A stretch of 63,202 nt of DNA, the filler included, from Octopus bimaculoides (lineage: Eukaryota): NCBI RefSeq assembly GCF_001194135.2. It is 7 parts of 5 records of this genome, joined end to end, with 100 filler letters (N's around TTAATTAATTAA, not from the genome) between each part and the next. Parts side by side here need not be neighbours in the genome. Positions count along the whole stretch, not along the records: positions 1 to 22,139 come from NC_068981.1; 6 more parts are not named here. One strand, given 5' to 3'. This document shows positions 1 to 13,782 of the stretch, in pieces (position 1 is the stretch's first letter; each line of letters begins with the position of its first letter). Under the pieces are notes generated by a model that made no database searches, was not told the origin of the DNA, and was given only the letters and a program-made list of their open reading frames with translations. A program made the translations under genes and the position numbers.

Positions 1-343
1 GATTAACCACCCCCACACTAAATTTATAAGTTTCGATAGGGATAATGGCAGTAAATATAGAGTGTCAGAGTTGAAGTCCAACCAGCGCCGTATTTGCTTT
101 TTTATCCCTGTAGAGACGATAAAATAAGCACCATTTATATAATCGTGTTAATGTAATCAAATATACATTACCACAAAATTTATAACCCTGCGTTAATATA
201 AGAAATCAATGAAATCAATATTTAATTACGCCCCTTTGTGTTCTGAGTAAAATCTTGCTAAGGTAGACTTAGCTTTTCGTTCCTTTCTGAACTGTGTTTG
301 ATAAAATAAGTAACAATACCTAAAATAGTAAATCAAGACGTTT
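1..343 (+). repeat. Left arm of a long inverted repeat (pairs with 1605-1947); may extend beyond the window start
   Basis: 1-343 is the reverse complement of 1605-1947 with no indels; I found 3 substitutions by eye. Confidence 0.95.
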
Positions 344-1604
344 TAATTAAAAGTACATTCCTAATTAGAACTAATCAAGAGTAATTGAAAATGAATGTGC
401 TCATCAGCGGCACGGGGACAATACTGGACGTGTTAACGTGTTAGAACTCATAAATGAAGCATAGCTTAGTCGTTATTATGAAATCTTAGGACATGTGAAT
501 GAACAGAGTTTGGCGTTGTAACTAAAAAATAATGAACGGTGGTGGGGCGTAGTAATATTCATTCTCAAAAATCTTATAAGCTTCTGTAGTATTCTAAGGT
601 CTGGTGATAACGGTTAGATTATGTTTGACTGAAGAGCTCTAATTCAACAGAAACATGCCCGGAGTTGTCATTATATTGACAAAGGTCAGACTTAAACCCA
701 CTTCAAAGTACTATTTATATAGCTTGTCTCCCCAGAGTGTGCAATTTCAGTGAATATTCTCGAATCCTTGCATCAAGTATATTAATGACTCTGTAACTGT
801 TCCATAGATAATAAGCATTAATCAAATACTGGAGTCTCTTATTTTGACTACAAACATTCTACAGAATTTCGGGTTTTGTGCAATTGTCAGAAATTAATGT
901 CTGTGAATCTATTTGCACGAGAAATAATAGTTACATGAGTGAACACCTATTTATCATATGGGATATCAGAACATTGACCTAGGATCTATTATAGAGTCGG
1001 AAAGTAACTTTGGTCGGTGATTACTTTTTTTTATTTTCTTTCCCATGTTTATCGGTAAAATTATTCGACCACAGAAAATACACAAGCGTTCATGTGGATG
1101 GAACCGGACATGACAATTACAATAATATTTGTGTAATGAAGCTATGTTGTGTTCAAAATGGAATTTTTATCAAGACAATAGGTATGATTCCAAATCAACA
1201 ACGAGTGGGTTTGTAGTGACTTAGTTACATCTTTCAGTTACATTTGTTATAGTTTAGAGGAGAGAGAGAAAGAAGTGGGGAAAGTGGCTGAAAAGTGATG
1301 AAAAGTTCAGTTTGGCTCACAGATTTTTTTACTAATTTTTAAAGCTAAATAGTTTGAAACTTCGTATACTAGTGGAATGTCTCAAGCAGAACACAGTTTA
1401 CTTGGAATATTTTTGACAAAATTTGGTATTTTAAAAGTTATTTCGTGTTAAATTTGTCGTATTTGGGTAATTTCAACCAATCAACGACGTGTATTCGGTT
1501 GAAGAAAGCTACTGCTGTTTGCGATAGATATCGAAGAGGAACAACTTCCGGGTCATCTCTGCTACATGTCACCACTCTGTTCTAAACGTCTTGATTTATG
1601 TTCT

Positions 1605-1947
1605 AAACGTCTTGATTTACTATTTTAAGTATTGTTACTTATTTTATCAAACACAGTTCAGAAAGGAACGAAAAGCTAAGTCTACCTTAGCAAGATTTTA
1701 CTCAAAACACAAAGGGGCGTAATTAAATATTGATTTCATTGATTTCTTATATTAACGCAGGGTTATAAATTTTGTGGTAATGTATATTTGATTACATTGA
1801 CACGATTATATAAATGGTGCTTATTTTATCGTCTCTACAGGGATAAAAAAGCAAATACGGCGCTGGTTGGACTTCAACTCTGACACTCTATATTTACTGC
1901 CATTATCCCTATCGAAACTTATAAATTTAGTGTGGGGGTGGTTAATC
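1605..1947 (-). repeat. Right arm of the long inverted repeat; putative non-autonomous long-TIR/fold-back DNA element spanning 1-1947
   Basis: Reverse complement of 1-343. A 21-bp tandem duplication (TGTTCTAAACGTCTTGATTTA x2, 1578-1619) sits at its inner edge. Internal 1340-1500 is collinear with 50570-50725. Confidence 0.85.
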
Positions 1948-2281
1948 ATTTATGTAAGTGCACACATATTTTTAGCAAATTATTATCTCTTATCTTAAAC
2001 AAACTAGTTGAAATTCTAACCTTGTACGAATAGGCTACAAAAGCGCCTTTTGTTTTTGCTCAAAAGACAAAACGGCAAGACTGTTTTGTAACCTGAGCCC
2101 ACTTATGTTAATAAACGTTGGTCATTGCCTATGTTCATAACTCAGCCTGCTATGATGATTACATATCCATCCTTTTCCTGTCTAAAGCTGCATTTTCTTT
2201 TAATGTTTTACACTTGGTGTAACATACATATAATATACATATATGTGCGTGTGTGGTGTCAGTGTGTGTATAAGTAAGTAT

Positions 2282-2312
<31 letters not shown>

Positions 2313-3281
2313 CATGCGTGTGCGTGTATATATATATAAGGTAAAAAGCTATTGCTTGTCTTTTCATATAAATGTAAATATGTGATCCTATAATTACTAA
2401 ATATTTTGAGTAGAAGCACAAGATTTTATACTTTTTTACATGTTTGAGCTTTATTTATTTATTTAGAAATCTTGAAGACGAGTTGCGCTCTCTAACTTTT
2501 GTAAAACATTCCCACTAATCCTTTGACCCAAATAAAACAATCCTTGTGATTCTGTAAATGAACTATCCACAGAAGTTAGTCTCTTTTCGAACCAACGAAA
2601 ATATAGAACTTCTTAGCTATACATCTATATGAGTCACTCATCTCAAAGGCTATACAGCTTATTCTCTGGTACTTGCCATCTTTCGGCCCTAATGATAAGG
2701 ATGGGTGGATAATGCGCATTACGTAAGACAATAGCACTGGAAAAGTATATGGTTAGTACCCTCTAGCAACATCACCTAAAGCAGAAGACATGGAGTGTAA
2801 ATAATTTACAAGGTTTTTAGAGGTGAATATGTAGGACATGATTGCAATGGCGTTACAGCTAGTATTTTCGAACCTCATTAAACTCAGTACTTCAAGCTAA
2901 ATTATTTACTATAGAATGCTTCTGCAAGTAGCCTGTGTGAACTGAGTGACGAAACATGCGAAGGGTCAACACCTTGCTTATGGGCAATGCTCAGTTGCGA
3001 TGTTGGATTTCGAAGCACTGAAAATGCGGGCATCTATGTAGACACTCTATCATGCTCAGTGATTTGGGTCTCCTTCTGTAATTGATGCAATCAAAATTTT
3101 CTGTAAAGGAAGTAAAATTCTTTCCTTTTTTCAGTTGACATCGATTTGTCACATTTTGACTGGTATGTGCAAAAATTTTTTTTTGTTCTCTTGATATTGT
3201 AAAAAGAATGATTGTCTTGGTTTGTCTACCTTCATTGCACAGTCAAACTGCAATTTTAATTCTCTTTTGACTTACATTGTC

Positions 3282-3560
3282 CTATCTACATTCGGGTCTG
3301 CAATCATTATTATCTGCTTTGATTCTTAAAGATCCTAAATGTAGCATCGAGATCTTCGCCGGAGAATTATTTCGTTTGCGTCTTAGTTTAGTCTGTTCCA
3401 TCTTGTCCATTATCCGTACCATATATTCGTTGCTGCTCTTATTTACGCGGTAACATATTATATTTTTCTTACAGCTTTCATATGTCATTGTAATCTCACA
3501 CCTTGTATCATTAATATTTTTCAATGCATTCTTTATGCTAAACTTCTTCCAAAAAGACAT
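3282..3560 (-). pseudogene. Possible decayed pogo/Tigger-like transposase fragment
   Basis: ORF begins SFWKKFSIKNALKNINDTRCEIT, resembling the FWKxxxIKxAIxNIxxAWxEV segment of Tigger-type DDE_1 transposases; the rest is not recognisable. Confidence 0.3.
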
Positions 3561-4404
3561 AAACTTTATTGCACTTTTCCACTGCTTTCTTTTTAAAAAA
3601 ATCCCACTTTTTTCATCAAGAGAAAAAGGAGTGCACCCATAATTTTTGAATGTTTCCCAAGACTAGATTGATAAAATTGATACTCAACCCAAGGCGAGTT
3701 AGAGCTACAAGCCATTGGTACAATATTTAAGGGGGTATTTTTTTCATAATTTTGTCTCGGCAGGATATTTGACAGAATATCAATGTCTCCCTTTCTCTGT
3801 TAATAACTCACCTCGTGTTCTTTCTTTGGAAAAACCATGCTTTTCACCAATGATGTACATGGCTTCCTTGGTGCCAATCTCTTCATTTTCCTGAAACACC
3901 AAATACATTAAGAAATAGATATAATTTGATTGGAATATTTTACATAACCCAATAAAATAATTACCTGATTTGGTTAATTAATTATTAAAATTCGAATAAA
4001 CTACGTTGTACTAGTGTAGACCTAATCGAGCAGGTTTATAAATCAGTGAAGATCATCCCGTATTTCATTTTTCAAACATAATGTATGAAATACTACAGTA
4101 CTCATTGTATGATTCACTTTTTCTTTTTTAGATTGCTGGCGTGTATTGAAGAAGATTTGGTTGCTATGTCTAGCAAATCAAGTAACTACATCGAAACGTA
4201 GACACATTAGGTTGCCGTTAGGATAAAATATTCAACGTTTCATCCAAAGAAACCTTTTGAACAAAACGTTAGCCATTTCTTTTATTGACAACAAAATAAC
4301 CTTTCTTTATCTTGTTAGCATACGGAAGGCGCGGATGCTATAACTTCAAAATTACTGGCACATTAATTCGCCCACAAAAGAAAAAAAAACATGAAGATAT
4401 ACAG

Positions 4405-4410
<6 letters not shown>

Positions 4411-4459
<49 letters not shown>
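4411..4459 (+). repeat. (CA)n microsatellite
   Basis: Pure CA run. Confidence 0.95.
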
Positions 4460-4461
<2 letters not shown>

Positions 4462-7179
4462 CTAAAAAAATACTCTGAAGCTTTTAATTCGTGCTTGACT
4501 AATTCTAACATTCCTGCAATTAGTGAAACAGTTTAATGTGATAGATGCGAAAACAAGAAATTATGGCACCAATGTTAACATTGAAACACCAGTGTTAATG
4601 GGTAATTAACTCGCATAGTTTTCCTCTGACTCTTGAGTCATGTAGTGTGAACTGGTTACTGTTGTTTAACCCAGAACAGTTCTAATTAAGCAGATTATTA
4701 TTCCACTTGTTTTCTTTTATCTCATTTCCACAGTAAACCGATCCTTTATATCCTTTAAAATTCATCGCATTGAAACCTTGTTAGAAAGGAAACTACAAAA
4801 TACAATGTGTCACTAGTTTGTGTGTGACTATTCTCTACACACCAGATTTGTCACGTTAAAATAGCATCGCAATTTCAATTTTCCCTTTCTTTTATTGTAT
4901 TATTTTTTTTTTATACGTTGTGTAATTTGATCGATTGACAACATTTTCGTAAATGATTTACCTAGATAGACAACGTTCAATATAATTAGTTGAAAGTTGA
5001 TTAGCTAAGAGAGATATGCATAGTAACTCAGAGAAATATACATAATGATGCGCGCGCGTGTGTATGTGCTTGTTTTTATCAAGTTCAAGTTTCCCGATTC
5101 AGTGATAGAAATTTGGGTGACAGCCGAGTGAGAATTAGGTTCAACTGAAACCAAACAACTGCGGAACAGCTAACTAAAAGATAGCTTGACTGCCCGACGG
5201 CCAATTAGACGATAGTATAACTAAGTCACGGTCAACTAAGCAACATAACTACATATTTGAAACAATTGTCAGTAGTGTAATCCAAAAAACTTAAAATAAA
5301 AGCTAAAGTTAATAAATAGAAAGCGCTGAGGGTTTGAATTCTTGGCATTTATTGTAATATTTCATAAGTAAATATTTTTTCCTATTCACAACACAATCCA
5401 AATTTATAATCTTACAATGAAACAAAGATCAGCTACTTTACGATAACACAGTAGATAGAAGTAAGAATAAATTTTACTGAAAATACTATGAAAGGAAAAT
5501 ATGTACTGGTTGAGTAGCTTCAGTAAGACTGTGAACTGGAAATAATCAAGGAATATTAAGAAGCTGCAGTACTTTAGCCTTATATTAAAGTTCAAATTCG
5601 AAGTTGTTGAACTGACAGCGACACAACCTGTTACACTCATATGAGAGGACCTTCTGAATATATACATGACTCAGCAATATCAGCATTACTCGAACCCCAA
5701 TCACTTCGGCGTTTGATAAATGGGAGTCAGATTTTAATGTGGCAGAGTAATCTCCCAAAACATGACAGATTTGTAGTTTCATTTTATGAGAAAATAGTAC
5801 AGAATGAGACAAATTGGCATAGTTGGCTGGACATTCAGCTTGCTATGACGACAGTACAATGTGGAGTCGGAGGTAAGCACACACACTTGCGCAGAAATGT
5901 ACATATAGAGAAAAAAAAGAGGAAAAGAGAGAGAGGGGGAAGAAAGAAAGAAAGAAAGAAAGACAAAAGATTAAGACGTCTCATACTAAATAAGACAGCG
6001 TCGGATCAACGATGCGAAATAAACAGCCCCAAAACGGTTGTGGCAAAAGTTTTCATACCCATAATAGTATCAAGTCCTCGCTTTCCTTTACAAAACATTA
6101 ACACAAGACACCAAAAACAGTTTCATTATATTTACTATTAACAACAATTTCCGTTACCTCTTTCGTCATGTATCTGGTATATTTACGCAACCTGTCAAGT
6201 AGTCTCAGAAATGTTTTATCATCTTCGAAAGCTTGTATACGTCTCCATGCAGCATAAATGAGAAGATAATTGCTTTGCCATTTTACAAAATCCCAAAGGA
6301 ACAGCAAGAACATTTCAAATTCCAAATATAGAAGGTCTTCTATCATCAGTTATGTTAGAGGTTGAATTCCTCATCTAATTTAACGAAGAAGACAATGCAG
6401 TTGTCTGTTTTTATCCCACTGACACATTAATTCTTTTTAAATATTGTGGGATCGGCTGGATAATGAAAAGGATAATGATGTCAACGATTTCAGGATTATG
6501 CAGATTACCTAAACGGAATGTATGTATGTGAACACCCTACGCGCGGCAGAAAACGAGCACATCCAAAACAGTACCTAACTGAAATGTTGAAATGTAGATG
6601 GAGAAAAAGAAAAAACAAACAAACACTGATATAGAGAGCTCTAACTAATAATGCAATAAAAGGTTGGCCAACAAAATTTAGTAAGATAGCGATCAAAACG
6701 TGTGTATTGATGTTTTCAGTAAGACATTGAGACTTCTATTCTTTTAAGTTAAGACTTGTTGTTAAAACATAAAGCAGAATCTTTGTAAGAGGACTTGCAG
6801 AAGTGAATAAATAAGGAACATGGGGAAGATGTAGCATGAAGTTAGAAATTCAAGGATTTAATGAAGTCAAATTCCAAAATATAGGATATAATTTTATTCC
6901 AGTGCATACCAAAAGCAGTGTCTCTATATATATCACGTAGGTACTGTAAGTTTAGAGGTAATACTTGATAAGTGTAAGCACCTGTATATGCCAGATAGTG
7001 GCAGAGGTGAAAGAATATATAGTTATCAACCATTTGTTTTAATAACAAGGTTTAAATTCATAATTATATAAAATTTTACAAATATTTTTTCATGATATTT
7101 TAGAAAAATAAAGTACAACTTTTTGGCGTGGGTTCTATATACCTTCGCGTCGGTTATCTACGTTCGCCCCGTCACTGTA

Positions 7180-7622
7180 GAACATCTCCTTTGAGATGAA
7201 TATGTGTCCATAACACATTCATTAGCGTAAAGAGATCCAGTGAATCTCCTCTGCCAAAGCTACTTCGGGTTAAAGAATCTAACAAGAGTTTGTGGCTCTT
7301 GTTTATAACTTCAGTAAATAAATCATTTACTGATACATGCTGATATTTTTACACTAATAATAATAAAACAAGTGCACAGTGAACAGTGAGAATTAAACAG
7401 TGCTTTGCATATTCATTCTTAATATGTTTCGGGCAGATTCAAACGTGAATGATTGCTAAAGTTATAAACAAGAGCCTTGAACATTTGTTACGTCTATTAG
7501 TCTAGGTTGGCTTTGACTGAAGAGACACAAGGATGTCGAAACACCAGGTGCCCCAAAGTGCCCTTATTCTAATGAACCGAGGGTGTTATGAACACACGTA
7601 CATCTGAAAGGAGAAATTGTTC
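7180..7622. mobile_element. Decayed fold-back/MITE-like element with long imperfect inverted arms
   Basis: GAACATCTCCTTTGAGATG..CATAACAC (7180-7216) pairs with 7582-7622; GGCTCTTGTTTATAACTT (about 7293-7310) pairs with AAGTTATAAACAAGAGCC (about 7459-7476). Confidence 0.6.
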
Positions 7623-9871
7623 ATCAACGACGAAATACAACAACAATTAGTATATTCAAGGTTGAATCTGCTATTATCGACCACTCCTCCACATCCTTCT
7701 TCAAGAAATCCTGAATTCTCTGCCGTCTCCTTCCCCACAACTTATGTTTTAAAGACATCGACTTAGATATATTCAGTTCAAAGCATCTCTAAGGTCAACA
7801 ATAGTTCATAGATGAGAATGAGATACTCTCCGTATAGAATACACTTAGTAGTGCTCAAAAGGTTTAAACTTGAGCGAGTAGAGGAGTAACTGTAAGGATA
7901 AGTAAGTTAGGCAGGTCGATATACAAAGAATATTTAATACATTAAATGCAAAAGATGTATATATGCTTACATACAAGCAGGTCTGACTTACACAGAATAG
8001 AAATGATATGAAGAATAAAAGGGGTTGAACAAAAGTGTAACACCTTTTTTCAACCCCTTTATCTTGCTTATCCTTACATTTACTCANNNNNNNNNNNNNN
8101 NNNNNNNNNNNNNNNNNNNNNNNNNNNNNNNNNNNNNNNNNNNNNNNNNNNNNNNNNNNNNNNNNNNNNNNNNNNNNNNNNNNNNNNNNNNNNNNNNNNN
8201 NNNNNNNNNNNNNNNNNNNNNNNNNNNNNNNNNNNNNNNNNNNNNNNNNNNNNNNNNNNNNNNNNNNNNNNNNNNNNNNNNNNNNNNNNNNNNNNNNNNN
8301 NNNNNNNNNNNNNNNNNNNNNNNNNNNNNNNNNNNNNNNNNNNNNNNNNNNNNNNNNNNNNNNNNNNNNNNNNNNNNNNNNNNNNNNNNNNNNNNNNNNN
8401 NNNNNNNNNNNNNNNNNNNNNNNNNNNNNNNNNNNNNNNNNNNNNNNNNNNNNNNNNNNNNNNNNNNNNNNNNNNNNNNNNNNNNNNNNNNNNNNNNNNN
8501 NNNNNNNNNNNNNNNNNNNNNNNNNNNNNNNNNNNNNNNNNNNNNNNNNNNNNNNNNNNNNNNNNNNNNNNNNNNNNNNNNNNNNNNNNNNNNNNNNNNN
8601 NNNNNNNNNNNNNNNNNNNNNNNNNNNNNNNNNNNNNNNNNNNNNNNNNNNNNNNNNNNNNNNNNNNNNNNNNNNNNNNNNNNNNNNNNNNNNNNNNNNN
8701 NNNNNNNNNNNNNNNNNNNNNNNNNNNNNNNNNNNNNNNNNNNNNNNNNNNNNNNNNNNNNNNNNNNNNNNNATATACATATACTATGACTTCTAAGTAA
8801 GTGTATGTACCCATGTAATAGATAAGCTTATAAAGCTAGGAATTTTTAGTGGTGTGTTTGGGTAAACTGACCACTCATCACAATGATATCAAATTACAAC
8901 CTTAATCTATATTTCAACGAGTGGTCTAGCTAAGAAATTATTTATGACCACTACAATCTCATCCAAGACAACGTCCTGTTCTCAACTCTATAGTGTTTTA
9001 TCTCTTTATCTCTTATTCTACTTCATGTTTTTACTTCTTTTGTTACTTTATTCCAATTTTGCTAAATCTTATTTATATATGTATCTAACTTTATTATCCT
9101 TATTTTTACTTTTATTACTCTCGGTTTGACTTCTATTACTTTTATTTTTTATTTTTTACTTTATTTTTTACCTTTGATCTTCTCTTTCTATCTTATACAC
9201 GCCAGTTAAATATAAACTCAATCCAATCTATTTAACATTCACTCTATGCTGAATTGTGGTACAGTATGGGCAGATCTTTGAAATCCAACGAACCTTTATA
9301 CAGATATACCTTTTTAAAGGGATGTGATAAACCAATAGGTAATACTAAGTGTACTTTTTCATTTTCTTTTGTGATGTAATCTTTGGTCTATCAATGTTTG
9401 CGGCTGAAGATAGCTTTAAACCATCTTTTATATCAACAATATACCTATACTGATGTAATGACATATTGTTTATAAAGCTTGAAACACGTGTACCCCGATA
9501 TCCTTTGTGTTCTGTTTTCAATTTATGTTTGATATATATATAATTTAGATTCAAGGTGAATATCGTACTTAAGTTTAGGCACCAGAATTAAGTATGGTGT
9601 TATCCATACAATTCCAAAATAACGTGATTAAAATCAAAATAAGCAACAAGGATATCCAAAGTTAATGCAGTACGATCGTTTCATGTGACTCCATCTATTT
9701 AAGCAATGTGAGCATTACATCAAATGTAAAACGCAGAGCGATCCTCAGCTGCACAAAGATATAGAAATTTACTGAAATTTCATTTCAACAGAAGGACATA
9801 TTTTTGTATCTACATTTAAACTCTCCAAGAAGAATACAAAAAAAAAAAACATTTTGACTAAGCCAGACCAT

Positions 9872-9916
9872 ACATGTATGTATTTATGTATGTATGTATG
9901 TATGTATGTATGTATG

Positions 9917-9945
<29 letters not shown>
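9872..9945 (+). repeat. (TATG)n microsatellite
   Basis: Tetranucleotide run. Confidence 0.95.
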
Positions 9946-9950
<5 letters not shown>

Positions 9951-10526
9951 TACACACACATACATTTGTACATGCATATTCTGACAAATTTGAAGGCAAC
10001 GCAGCTTAAAATTCATTTAAATCATTTAATGTTCGAATGAAGGTGTGGTAAGTGTTATTAATTTAAACGAAGATGAGTAAGCCGAGTTCACCACCTGATT
10101 GTAATTTTTCTTACGTTGCTAATGACATCAGAAAATAGTGGAAATCTCAACTCCCCACAAATTTGAATCTAAGGAGTTATGGGCGCGTACGAAATCAATT
10201 GAAACGAAATTGAAATTGAAACGATGGCATTAGATAACGACATGCATATTTCAACCGCACAAAGTGCCGTTCCATATGTAAAAATAGCTTATCAGTGTTG
10301 AAAAAACATTCTACCTTAGATAGCAGCCATTTTTGCTACCCAAGATAGATAAGTATGGTCGCATTTTCTTATAATTTATCAGCAAATGAAAGCTTACTTA
10401 TTGCCATGCAAATATGTTATATATGTAATTCAAGTTATTTGGCTGAGATAAGGGATGTCTATGTATACTCACATATTCATAGACATATACATATATACAC
10501 ATGAAGAAAGTCACTTGGGTTGAGAG

Positions 10527-10530
<4 letters not shown>

Positions 10531-10576
<46 letters not shown>
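10531..10576 (+). repeat. (GA)n microsatellite
   Basis: Dinucleotide run. Confidence 0.95.
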
Positions 10577-10577
<1 letters not shown>

Positions 10578-10905
10578 ACTGTTAAAAGTTACTTCTTAAT
10601 TTTAGATATTGATGTTTTCATGTTTTCACTTTTTCTCCGTTTTGCTCTCTACCTGATGCCCACAAACAGACATCCATAAATATACTCTCTGTATCTCTTT
10701 CTTTTATTATTTATCTTGCCCTGTTAGCTTGAAAAAAGACGTTCCAGTATTCAACCGCAAACAAAATTTTTAATCATCTAGAATAGCGTCAGCATTAAAT
10801 TCGACCCTTGGTTTTGTTTCAGGCATTTGTATGCCAGTTGATCCTATGATAAACAGGTGTCTATTTCCTTTCATTGATAAAACAAAAAAAATTCTCGCTA
10901 TATAC

Positions 10906-10943
<38 letters not shown>

Positions 10944-11535
10944 TANNNNNNNNNNATATATATATATATATATGAAGCAGAAATTTAAGAAGAATTGAAT
11001 ACTTTAGGGAGAATTGAATAATTGAATATTTTCCCAATATAAATTACAAGTCGTAGAAAAGCGAAATTTATATGGAAAATCAAAATGATATCTTAGACTG
11101 TTAAATCGTCAAGAAATCTATTCTAATGTTCAATACTTGCCGTAGTGACTTGAGCAAAGGGAAATGAGTTTTTACACCCTTTATGCTATAGTAATAGTTT
11201 CTTTTGATAAAGTCAAAAAGATTTGTACTTTTAAGTGGCGAATGTGAGTTTATGGCTTTTATGCCGTTCCCAATACCACAAGCAACTTAACTAGAGAGAC
11301 AGATGCTCGTTCCACATAGTAGAGCTGTTAACCGGGATAGCTTTCATGAAGTTATCTACTTCTGTTTCTAAATGTAAAATCAAGCTGTATCAAATTTATT
11401 GAGACCAGTGAAAAAAAAATATTTTGTAATTGAAGTTAAATTCAATAATCATTAATAAATTCAATAATCATTAATGGAGATATAATAGATCCTCCTATAT
11501 TGAAGGATAAATTTGTGCTAGTTAGATCTGCCACC

Positions 11536-11536
<1 letters not shown>

Positions 11537-11620
<84 letters not shown>
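11537..11620 (+). repeat. (TAA)n microsatellite at the head of the R4/Dong stack
   Basis: About 28 TAA units. Confidence 0.95.
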
Positions 11621-11621
<1 letters not shown>

Positions 11622-11919
11622 CACTTTCANNNNNNNNNNNNNNNNNNNNNNNNNNNNNNNNNNNNNNNNNNNNNNNNNNNNNNNNNNNNNNNNNNNNNNN
11701 NNNNNNNNNNNNNNNNNNNNNNNNNNNNNNNNNNNNNNNNNNNNNNNNNNNNNNNNNNNNNNNNNNNNNNNNNNNNNNNNNNNNNNNNNNNNNNNNNNNN
11801 NNNNNNNNNNNNNNNNNNNNNNNNNNNNNNNNNNNNNNNNNNNNNNNNNNNNNNNNNNNNNNNNNNNNNNNNNNNNNNNNNNNNNNNNNNNNNNNNNNNN
11901 NNNNNNNNNNNNNNNNNNN

Positions 11920-12189
11920 ATCATAGTAGGTGCCTTAGGTATAATAAAAAAATATTCAGACAAATACATAACAAAAACACCAGGACTTACAAATATATAT
12001 AACATACAGAAAATTGCACTACTGGGTACTGCACACATTCTACGCAAAACACTTTCAATACAGTAAACATAAGAGCACCACAGCAAACCACAGCACATAC
12101 CCAAGGCGCACAGAGCTGCGCTCGGTAGTCAAGTGAAAGCACGTTATAAAAATAAAACTACTGAACAATAATAATAATAATAATAATAA
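11920..12189 (+). mobile_element. R4/Dong-clade LINE 3' end (ORF C-terminus, 3'UTR, TAA tail)
   Basis: Encodes IIVGALGIIKKYSDKYITKTPGLTNIYNIQKIALLGTAHILRKTLSIQ*, the characteristic C-terminus of RLE-bearing R4-clade elements; ends in (TAA)n at 12167-12189; the 5' part is in an N-gap. Confidence 0.85.
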
Positions 12190-13310
12190 AGAAGTACAGA
12201 TAAAGCGTATGAAAACCCTTGCTAAAACTACTGGTTTAGATATTCTTACTGATAAATGGCAAGGAAAACCTCTCAGTGGCAAATACCCAAAGAGAGCTAA
12301 TAATGCTGATGGTGACAAAATACTTACCCATCAATGGCTAGTGTCTTCTGGCTTAAAATCAGAGACAGAAGAGTTATAGCAGCCCAAGATCAATGCCTAC
12401 CTACAAGAAGCTACCAGACCAACATCTTAAAGAACGGCAGTAGCCAACGTGTATGTATGTCGTGTAAACAACAAAATGAAACCATCGATCATGTTGTCTT
12501 TATGTCTTTGTGTTGTTTTTATCTTCTTGAGTATCTCAACAGGCATGATAGAATAGCACAGTATATTCACTGGGTAATTTGCAAAGACTTGGACTTGTCC
12601 CATGATAAAAATTAGAAGGAACACAAACTACCTCCAGTGCTTGAAAATGACCACACTTCATTCCTTTGGAACTTTGCAATTCAAACTGACAGATAGATGC
12701 AAGTAGGCCAGACATTATGTGGAAGGATCCCAGACAAAATTCAGGCCTCCTCATCGATATGACTGTCCAAATCGACATAAATGTATCTGTCAAGACCTAC
12801 CAAAAACTGAGCAAGTATAAAGATCTTGAAATAAAATTTGGCAAAATATGGAACCTCAAGGCTAAAACAATGCCTGTTGTCAAAGGTACCCGAGGAATGA
12901 TAGCAAAAGGTGCTGATTGCTACGTATCTCAGATACCAGGAAATCCAAAAATGAAAGGAAAATTTTTTTAAATAGCGCTCATGGAAAAATATTGTCTATG
13001 TAATCCCAAAAACATTCTTATCTAAAAACAGTGTGAAAATACTTTTAAATGTACCTAACAGCAAACACCGTTTACTGTCATCTTAACATCAGATTATCAT
13101 CTTATAATCAAATTACTTTTAAAACAAACTTTTAATTTACTTGTTTTGACAGACATCCTCTAGAATAATAGTCTGTGCAAAACCCAAAATATGGCACCCT
13201 AGTCATAACACTAAACTGAACTTCTAACTTGTCTCTTGAGATCTCTGGGTGAGACTTGTAGTCAACCTGTACAAATACAAGGCAAAAGCCAAGCGTATAA
13301 TAATAATAAT
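12190..13310 (+). mobile_element. 5'-truncated, frameshifted R4/Dong-clade LINE (zinc knuckle, restriction-like endonuclease, 3'UTR, TAA tail)
   Basis: Pieces read KPLSGKYP, LTHQWL, IAAQDQCLPTRSYQ, CMSCKQQNETIDHVV (CCHC knuckle), RHDRIAQYIHWVICK, WNFAIQTD, RPDIMWKD..LLIDMTV (PD..D endonuclease), KLSKYKDLEI; TAA run at about 13298-13310. Confidence 0.9.
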
Positions 13311-13767
13311 ATGACTTGAAGTTATTCGCAAAACGTGAGGCAGAACTGGACAGTCTAGTCCAGTCTGTGCGGATTTTCTCGAATGATATTACGATGGAGT
13401 TTGGACTCTCAAAATGTGCTACGACGGTGATGAGACGAAGAAAGCTTGTCAGGATAGAAGGCATATGTATGCCAAGTGGTGAAAAGATGAAGGCAAATGA
13501 ATTTGAATAAATACCTGCGGATATGCCCAGATAGAAGTACTTGAGAATACTTGAGGCAGATGGAACTAAGCACAAAAAAATGAAAGAAAAAACAAAGAAT
13601 GAGTACCTTCGGCAAGTAAGAGAAATATTTGGTTTCAAAGCTGAATGCCAGAAACATAATTTCGACAACAAACTCGCGTGCAGTCGCAGTAGTTTGGTAT
13701 GGCGCTGAATTCCGAAGTGGATAGAGGATGGCTTGAATATAATGACACCAGTCGATTCACATAAAGC
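13311..13767 (+). mobile_element. R4-clade LINE reverse-transcriptase fragment between two TAA runs
   Basis: (D)DLKLFAKREAELDSLVQSVRIFSNDITMEFGLSKCA is the RT catalytic-motif region; followed by decayed YKYL/LEADG-like segments; TAA run at 13768-13782. Confidence 0.85.
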
Positions 13768-13782
13768 TAATAATAATAATAA

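Noticed and set aside
7845-8814. Long ORFs spanning N-gaps or microsatellites (poly-X, poly-I, YI/HT/CV repeats) throughout the track
   Set aside because: Artefacts of unknown bases and simple repeats.
10135-10320. Possible Tc1/mariner NSPDLNP remnant
   Set aside because: Only a few residues match after assuming frameshifts; too weak to call.
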